From: a virus | Lineage: Duplodnaviria; Caudoviricetes | DNA: 59,472 nt | IMG/VR virus record: IMGVR_UViG_3300010354_000097 | Location: 1 to 59,472 of that record | Strand: one strand, 5' to 3' | Part shown: piece by piece, positions 58,232 to 59,472 of the stretch | How the letters are laid out: each line of letters begins with the position of its first letter | Numbering within the stretch: position 1 is the stretch's first letter | Notes under the pieces: model-generated | Databases searched by the model: none | Told to the model about the DNA's origin: nothing | What the model saw: only the letters and a program-made list of their open reading frames with translations | Made by a program: the position numbers and the translations under genes

Positions 58232-59074
58232 ATGAAAACAAATTATCTTAACAATCGCGATATGCTTCGCGAAATTCATAAAAGCAAAATTTCGTATTCT
58301 AGCTTTAAATCCGTTGAAGATCGAGATTACGATATTATCGTACACGATCTAAAAGAAATCGAACAACGAATTACTGAAGCTAAAGAAACTCGTGCTGCTC
58401 GAATAGCACAAAAAAATTACGAAAATTCTTCCCGCGAGAATAAAAAAGTAAAATTAGAAGAATTTAAAATCCCTCCGGATAGTATCCCTGTTACAGATCT
58501 AGTTTTTAGATTAATGACATGGCAACATATTCCGGAAAATGCCAGCTTTACTGAAAAAATGAATAGGCTCGAAGAAGAATCTGAGGATTCAGACGAAGAA
58601 CTAGACATTGAGACAATTAAAATGAGTAAACGGCATGTTCGTGTTAACTTTCCTCCATTCGAACACTATCGAATTAATTCGGATCTTAGTCCTTACTGTG
58701 TAGGAAGAAGTCATTGGAACGGCGACTTAGAGGGCGGATCTTTTTCTAAAGACCATGGATCAATGACTCGTGAATTGGCTATGATGTTTATGAAACTATG
58801 CGATCGCTATGCTAGTCGAGGAAATTGGCGTGGATATACTTATAATGACGAAATGAAAGGACAGGCCCTCCTTCATTTAACTCAAATCGGTTTACAATTC
58901 GACGAAAGCAAAAGTAGTAACCCTTTTAGTTATTATACACAAAGTTTAACTAACAGTTTTACCCGTGTATTGAACATCGAAAAACGTCATCAAAATATTC
59001 GAGACGATATTCTTGAACTCAATAACTATAATCCTAGCTACACACGCCAAGGCGACTGGAAATACGACGAATAA
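58232..59074 (+). CDS. Late-transcription sigma factor (gp55-like)
   Basis: NYLNNRDML, NWRGYTYNDEM and FDESKSSNPFSYYTQ...F.R.L..EKR; upstream of a gp47-like gene as in T4-like phages. Confidence 0.8.
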   Translation: MKTNYLNNRDMLREIHKSKISYSSFKSVEDRDYDIIVHDLKEIEQRITEAKETRAARIAQKNYENSSRENKKVKLEEFKIPPDSIPVTDLVFRLMTWQHIPENASFTEKMNRLEEESEDSDEELDIETIKMSKRHVRVNFPPFEHYRINSDLSPYCVGRSHWNGDLEGGSFSKDHGSMTRELAMMFMKLCDRYASRGNWRGYTYNDEMKGQALLHLTQIGLQFDESKSSNPFSYYTQSLTNSFTRVLNIEKRHQNIRDDILELNNYNPSYTRQGDWKYDE

Positions 59075-59472
59075 ATGAATAATTTGTTTCACCGGGCCAT
59101 AGTGTTCACCGATATACACTATGGCTTAAAATCAAATAGTCAATTGCATAACGAGGATTGTTGGCGTTTTGTACAATGGGCCACTGATTTAGCTCGAGAA
59201 AAAGATTGCGAAACTTGTTTCTTTCTGGGTGATTGGCACAACAATCGCAGCACTATAAATATTCTCACGCTGAATTACAGTTTAAAATCTTTGGAGTACT
59301 TGAATGCTAACTTTGATCGAGTGTTTTTTATTCCTGGCAATCATGATCTCTATTATCGGGATAAACGTGATATTCAAAGTGTGGAATGGGCTCGTCACCT
59401 CAATCGGGTTCAACTTGTTAATGATTGGTTTATCGATAAAGACGTTGTCATTGCTCCATGGTTGGTAGGCGA
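59075..59472 (+). CDS. Recombination nuclease gp47/Mre11/SbcD-like (3' partial)
   Basis: Hand translation gives FTDIHYG, LGDWHNNR and IPGNHD metallophosphoesterase motifs; runs off the window end. Confidence 0.9.
   Translation, partial: MNNLFHRAIVFTDIHYGLKSNSQLHNEDCWRFVQWATDLAREKDCETCFFLGDWHNNRSTINILTLNYSLKSLEYLNANFDRVFFIPGNHDLYYRDKRDIQSVEWARHLNRVQLVNDWFIDKDVVIAPWLVG

Noticed and set aside
370-58608. Many short antisense or overlapping ORFs in the track (e.g. 370..672, 8207..8536, 26618..26950, 57874..58173)
   Set aside because: They shadow well-supported genes on the opposite strand or frame and have no RBS or recognisable motifs.
1-59472. tRNA genes, CRISPR arrays, transposases
   Set aside because: None recognised by eye, and intergenic gaps are mostly too short. 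A tRNAscan/CRISPR search would be needed to exclude them formally.
1-59472. Apparent abundance of palindromes such as GATC, CCGG and TCGA (no restriction-site avoidance) as evidence of modified DNA
   Set aside because: This is an impression only and cannot be supported without observed/expected k-mer counts.

Overview
A 59.5 kb segment of a large, AT-rich, T4-like (probably jumbo) myovirus genome using the standard genetic code. Plus strand, 1-30.6 kb: accessory and putative virion-packaged proteins (LamG and structural proteins, alpha/beta hydrolase, kinase-like, pterin dehydratase-like, GT17), then DNA polymerase B and sliding clamp. These are followed by a ~12 kb DNA-modification cluster: a DpdA/TGT-like transglycosylase, a DpdL-like T-fold protein, folE, queD and queE (no queC/queF in the window), interleaved with two glycosyltransferases, GalE, a UDP-sugar dehydrogenase, a HIT hydrolase and an Acb1-like 2H phosphoesterase. 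Next come RNase H, a nucleotidyltransferase, a MoxR ATPase/VWA pair, ThyX and dCMP deaminase. Minus strand, 30.6-58.1 kb: tail fibre and baseplate module, including a 4047-aa protein. The window ends on the plus strand with a gp55-like late sigma factor and a partial gp47-like nuclease. Both sigma70-type promoters and T4-like late TAAATA promoters are visible. The strongest leads are a preQ1-I-like riboswitch variant in the queD leader, the deazaguanine plus glycosylation cluster, and several anti-host enzymes that share a capsid-targeting-like N-terminal peptide. All family calls come from motif recognition by eye; no searches were run.
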